From positions 1 through 30,614 of the forward strand of contig JBBIIG010000049.1 in the NCBI GenBank assembly GCA_037446635.1: 30,614 nt of DNA. Direction: 5' to 3'. A model generated the notes under the pieces. The model was not told the DNA's origin, did not search any database, and saw only the letters and a list, made by a program, of their open reading frames with translations. This stretch comes from a bacterium (lineage in GTDB: Bacteria > Zhuqueibacterota > Zhuqueibacteria > Oceanimicrobiales > Oceanimicrobiaceae). Below are positions 26,643-30,614 of this stretch, piece after piece; within the stretch, counting starts at the first letter, position 1, and each line of letters starts with the position of its first letter. The position numbers were made by a program, and so were the translations under genes.

Positions 26643-27560
26643 ATGAACAACCACCAACTAAAAAGCAACGCGCCGGCGCAGCGGGCAGGCAAGCGAAAAG
26701 GAAAAAGCGCCGCTGCGCTGCGAAACGAACTGGAAAAGCTGAAAGCGATTTTGCTGGAGCGGAACGGCCAGCTCGCGGCTAACCAACAGGAGTTGGAAAA
26801 TAAACAGCAAGAAATCAACGCGCTGCAAAAGAAAATCCCGGCGATGGAAACCGAATTAAAACAGGCGGAGGAAATCAAACAGGAAAATATTGAATTGAAA
26901 AAACAGTTGCACGCGCTGGTAGAGAAGTCATCCCGTCAAACGGAGGAGCTGAAGCGCGAGCTGCGTGAGTCGGAACGGCAGCGGCTGCACCTTGAACAGG
27001 AAAACAAAGATTTGCGAACGCAATTAGCCGAGTACGTTCAAAAATACCGAGCGGCGCAAATCGAGCTCGCAAACCGCTCCGCAACCAACCTGCCGTTGCC
27101 GGATGACTCGCAGAAAACCGTTATCCCCAAAAACGCAGAAGCGACCGTTGCTAACGCGGGCGTCAAACGCGAAGCGATGATCCCGCTGAACAGCGTGAAG
27201 ATACTCAAGCAAATAAAAATTCAACAGAGCGATCAATTCATTTCGCCGGGGCAACCCCTGCGGGCGCTGCGCCCGTTTACCGTTTTGACGACCATGCGGC
27301 TTCAGAAAGCGCCGAGCGCCTCGGCGCTCGCCAACGAGCTGGCGGATTTTGCCGTGACCGTTGAAGCGCAGGGGACAAAAGCTAACGAGCTAAACAAGGC
27401 CAGCGCGGTCGAAGAACTGGTTTGCGGAAAACAAGATTACCACATAACCGTGCCCATGCCGAGCCTCAAAGCCGGAGAATACTGCCTGAAAATCTCCGCG
27501 CTCGTGCCGTACGCCCGGATCGATGAACAGGAAAAATTAGAGATTGCGGTTGTGAATTAA
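26643..27560 (+). CDS. Coiled-coil protein with C-terminal Ig-like domain
   Basis: About 120 aa of E/K/Q/L heptads, then beta-rich '...PSLKAGEYCLKISALVP...'. RBS GGAG before ATG 26643. Confidence 0.75.
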   Translation: MNNHQLKSNAPAQRAGKRKGKSAAALRNELEKLKAILLERNGQLAANQQELENKQQEINALQKKIPAMETELKQAEEIKQENIELKKQLHALVEKSSRQTEELKRELRESERQRLHLEQENKDLRTQLAEYVQKYRAAQIELANRSATNLPLPDDSQKTVIPKNAEATVANAGVKREAMIPLNSVKILKQIKIQQSDQFISPGQPLRALRPFTVLTTMRLQKAPSASALANELADFAVTVEAQGTKANELNKASAVEELVCGKQDYHITVPMPSLKAGEYCLKISALVPYARIDEQEKLEIAVVN

Positions 27561-27781
27561 TTGAGGTTTTCGTAGCCGGCGCGGTACTCAACGGGAACGT
27601 AGCTGCCGGTGTGTTTTATTTCCAGCTTGGGATTTTTAACTTCGAGCGCGCCGGTGCGCCAGTTGTCCCACAACTCGTAATTGCATTTCGGGCAGCGGTA
27701 AATGATCCAGTCGCCCTCGCGGGTGGACTCGCATTCGTGGTGTTGGAAATTGGAGGCGGGGAGAGCGGTTGCTTTTAACAT
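27557..27781 (-). CDS. Small putative metal-binding protein (HxC...CPKC...H)
   Basis: 74 aa with RBS GAGGTG. Its stop overlaps the stop of the convergent gene. Confidence 0.65.
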   Translation of the reverse strand: MLKATALPASNFQHHECESTREGDWIIYRCPKCNYELWDNWRTGALEVKNPKLEIKHTGSYVPVEYRAGYENLN

Positions 27782-27809
27782 AACTTCACCTCAATTTTTT
27801 TACAAGCCA

Positions 27810-27838
27810 AATATAACGAACTTACCGGCGCGTCGCAA
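27810..27838 (-). promoter_or_regulatory. Putative sigma70 promoter for the 74-aa gene
   Basis: On the minus strand TTGCGA-17 nt-TATATT, adjacent to an AACTGAAATTT...AAATTTCAGTT inverted repeat (about 27837-27867). Confidence 0.4.
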
Positions 27839-27902
27839 CTGAAATTTTTGTTGGTGAAATTTCAGTTACAGTCGCCCCCGCCATTCAAAAAATTCAACCG
27901 GC

Positions 27903-30614
27903 CTATTTTTGCAGAGTTATTCGATGGGCAAAAAAACGCCCCCCGGCTTCCAAACGCATGAAATAAGTCCCCGAGCTAACCTGGTTGCCAAATTCGTCTT
28001 TGCCATCCCAAAAGCACGCGCTTCATCCCAGCCGATTCCTCGCCGTCCACCAGCATGCGCACCATTTGACCACGAATGTTATAAATTTTAAGTTGCACCG
28101 ATGCTCTCTCCGGCAAAGAATATTCGATCGTCGTTTCGGCGTTGAAGGGGTTCGGGTACCTCGGGAAAAGCTGATAACGACTGGGAAGGGCTTGCTCGGT
28201 TTCGATTTTTTCCGATTCAAGATTGGCAGCGATTTTGGCGGCGCTATTCTGCGGCCGAATCTCCAGGCCAATCATCGCCCAGTCAACGGAACTACTGAAT
28301 GAACCGTTCACGGTAACGGCGCTAGCGGAGGCGACGATTTTATCCTCTACGGCGCAGCTTGCGCCGGCGCCGGATGAACCCTGCAATATTTCCGCCCGTT
28401 CCGTGTACCCCGCTCCAGGAGTATGCGTTCTCTCGCGCATCGTCGCGGCGCCGTACACGATCGCCCCACTCACCGACGTGGTTAAGCTAAATGAATAGGC
28501 CGCATTATCCACGCCACCCGAGCAAACCCCATTGACGCCCGTAGTGTTTCCGGAAACCACCGTGCCGATCGGATTGGCGTTCGTACCGGAATAGCGACAA
28601 ACCACGATCACCGCGTTTTTGGGAACAGCCGCAAAAGTAGCGGTAACCGGGCCATCTCCGCTGGGGCTGCCCTGCGCCATCCATACTTCAATGCCCGTCT
28701 GATTGCGGCCGCCGCACTGCGACCGAACTCGCATCCAGGTTAATCCTAAACCGGTCACCGAGCTCACGCCCACAACGGATTTCATCGAGATGGCCGCCAA
28801 ATAGAGATGACCGTTCACACCAGCCAAACTCGCGGAAGTCGCAACGCTGTTCACATTCGATGACGCCCCGGTTTTAACCTCTTCAAATGCTATTTCCCCG
28901 CTGGGCGGCGGGCTGTCCACTCCGCTGCCGGTTAAACTCACCTCCTTCGGATCCTCGTCCGAATCGTTGGTGGCAAATCGCAGCGCCGCGTTTTTCGCGC
29001 CCGTCGAAGTCGGGGCGAAACTCACCGCCACGTCGCGGCTCTGGCCCGGCGTCAGCGTGAACGCGCCGCCGCCGCTGGCGATGGAAAATTGCCCGGCGTC
29101 CGTTCCCACTAACGTGGTAGAACTGATCACTAAGTCCGCTGCGCCGTCATTCTTCACTTCAAACGTCTGCTGCGAACTGCTGCCTACCACCACGTCGCCG
29201 TAATTGTGAGAGGACGGCGTAACTGTGATATCCGGCGTTGGCGCGCCCACTCCGCTGCCGGTTAAACTCACCTCCTTCGGATCCTCGTCCGCGTCGTTGG
29301 TGGCAAATCGCAGCGCCGCGTTTTTCGCGCCCGTCGAAGTCGGGGCGAAACTCACCGCCACGTCGCGGCTCTGGCCCGGCGTCAGCGTGAACGCGCCGCC
29401 GCCGCTGGCGATGGAAAATTGCCCGGCGTCCGTTCCCACTAACGTGGTAGAACTGATCACTAAGTCCGCTGCGCCGTCATTCTTCACTTCAAACGTCTGC
29501 TGCGAACTGCTGCCTACCACCACGTCGCCGTAATTGTGAGAGGACGGCGCGACGGTGATATCCGGAACCGGGCTACTGCCACCGCCGCTCCCGGCTTTAA
29601 TTTGCAAACCAATCACCGCCCAATCGGTGGCGCCGCTAAAGGAACCGTTCAACACCACGCTGGCCGACGAAGCGACGCCGCGATCCTGCACCGCAGCTCC
29701 CGCGCCGCTACTGCTGCTCCCCTGAATAACTTCTCCCCGTTCCATGTAGTCCGCGCCTGGCGTGTGATTCTTGGCACGCATCGCTACCGCGCCGTAAATC
29801 AGCCCATTGCCTGCGCTGGTAATATTAAATGAATAGCTGCTGTTGTCCGAACCGCCGGAACACAAACCACTTAAACCGGTGGTGTTGCCAGATATGATTG
29901 TTCCAATGGGATTGGAACTCGCCGCTCCGGAATAGCGCGTGACGATGATCACCGCGTTGCTGGGCGCGCTCGCAAACGTGGCGGTCACCACCCCGCTGCT
30001 GGCGTTGCCCTGCGCCATCCAAACTTCTATTCCCGTCTGGTTGCGGCCCGCACACTGGCTCGCCACCCGCGTCCACGTCAAGCCCAAACCCGATACCCCG
30101 GTCACCGCACGAGTATTCTTCGTTGAGATCGCTGCCAAATACAAATGTCCGTTCGCCCCCGCCAAACTCGAAGCCGTCGATACCGTCGTCAAACTTGTTG
30201 AGCCGCCCGTCTTTACTTCCTCAAACGCGACATCTCCACTCGGCGGCGGACTATCTACTCCCGTCCCTGTCAAACTCACCTCCTTCGGATCCTCGTCCGC
30301 ATCGTTGGTGGCAAATCGCAGGGTGGCAGTTTTTGTCCCCAACGAAGTCGGAGCGAAGCTCACCGCCACGTCGCGGCTCTGGCCCGGCGTCAGCGTGAAC
30401 GCGCCGCCGCCGCTGTCGATGGCAAATTCCCCCGCGTCCGTTCCCGCCAACGTCGTCGAACTGACCACTAAGTCCGCCGTCCCATCATTCTTCACCACAA
30501 ACGTCTGCTGCGAGTTATTACCTACCACCACGTCGCCGAAATTGTGAGTGGCCGGTGTAACGGTGATATCCGGCGCCGGTGCAACCCCACTGCCGCTTAA
30601 GTTGACATCCAATG
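27903..30614 (-). CDS. Large secreted/surface protein (5' partial): choice-of-anchor D/ASH Ig-like repeats, duplicated ~210-aa domain, C-terminal YPNPFN/FlgD-Ig sorting domain (frameshifted near 28011)
   Basis: Three 'PDITV.P..HN[FY]GDV...F.VKNDG.ADL...FAPTS.G.K.A.LRF' units and 'YPNPFNAETTIEYSLP'. After removing 1 nt the frame continues WDGKDEFGNQVSSGTYFMRLEAG...ITLQK* to 27903. Confidence 0.88.
28917..29549. repeat. Near-identical intragenic tandem repeat (303-bp units, period 330)
   Basis: 28917-29219 vs 29247-29549 differ only at GAATCG/GCGTCG by my reading. A diverged third copy lies at about 30256-30558. Confidence 0.9.

Noticed and set aside
28917..30558. DGR template/variable repeat pair or CRISPR array
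   Set aside because: All copies are in-frame domains of one ORF, the close pair has only two mismatches, and no reverse transcriptase or spacers are present.
1..30614. tRNA, rRNA, integrase or transposase genes
   Set aside because: None recognised in the intergenic gaps or ORFs, so island boundaries for the cluster cannot be defined.

Overview
Bacterial window of moderate-to-high GC. The YPNPFN/FlgD-type C-terminal sorting domain suggests an FCB-group lineage such as KSB1, Calditrichota or Ignavibacteria (inference). The left half (1-17 kb) is mostly housekeeping and envelope genes: Wzx-like flippase, YfhO-type membrane glycosyltransferase, histidine kinase, TetR-TolC-HlyD efflux unit, a decayed DUF433/DUF5615 toxin-antitoxin pair, Tat amidase, aldo/keto reductase, PolX, MtgA, UAP1-like pyrophosphorylase and LapA. 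Its intergenic spaces hold many REP-like palindromes and heptamer repeats. The most interesting part is a co-oriented cluster at about 17.1-27.6 kb. It encodes a divergent ECF-type sigma factor, a soluble twin zinc-finger (ZAS) protein, a twin-ZAS-TM-TPR anti-sigma factor, a membrane-bound M64-like HExxH peptidase, an unknown membrane protein, a membrane-anchored TPR-CHAT caspase-like protease with an intact His/Cys dyad, and further unknown genes. A bipartite motif TGwGAGATTT-N13-TsACTA occurs twice in the cluster, upstream of the ZAS genes and upstream of the downstream unknown gene pair. It is a candidate promoter for this sigma factor. Together this looks like a CRISPR-independent, protease-controlled sigma signalling system (inference). 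The window ends in a large repetitive secreted protein whose sorting domain is frameshifted.
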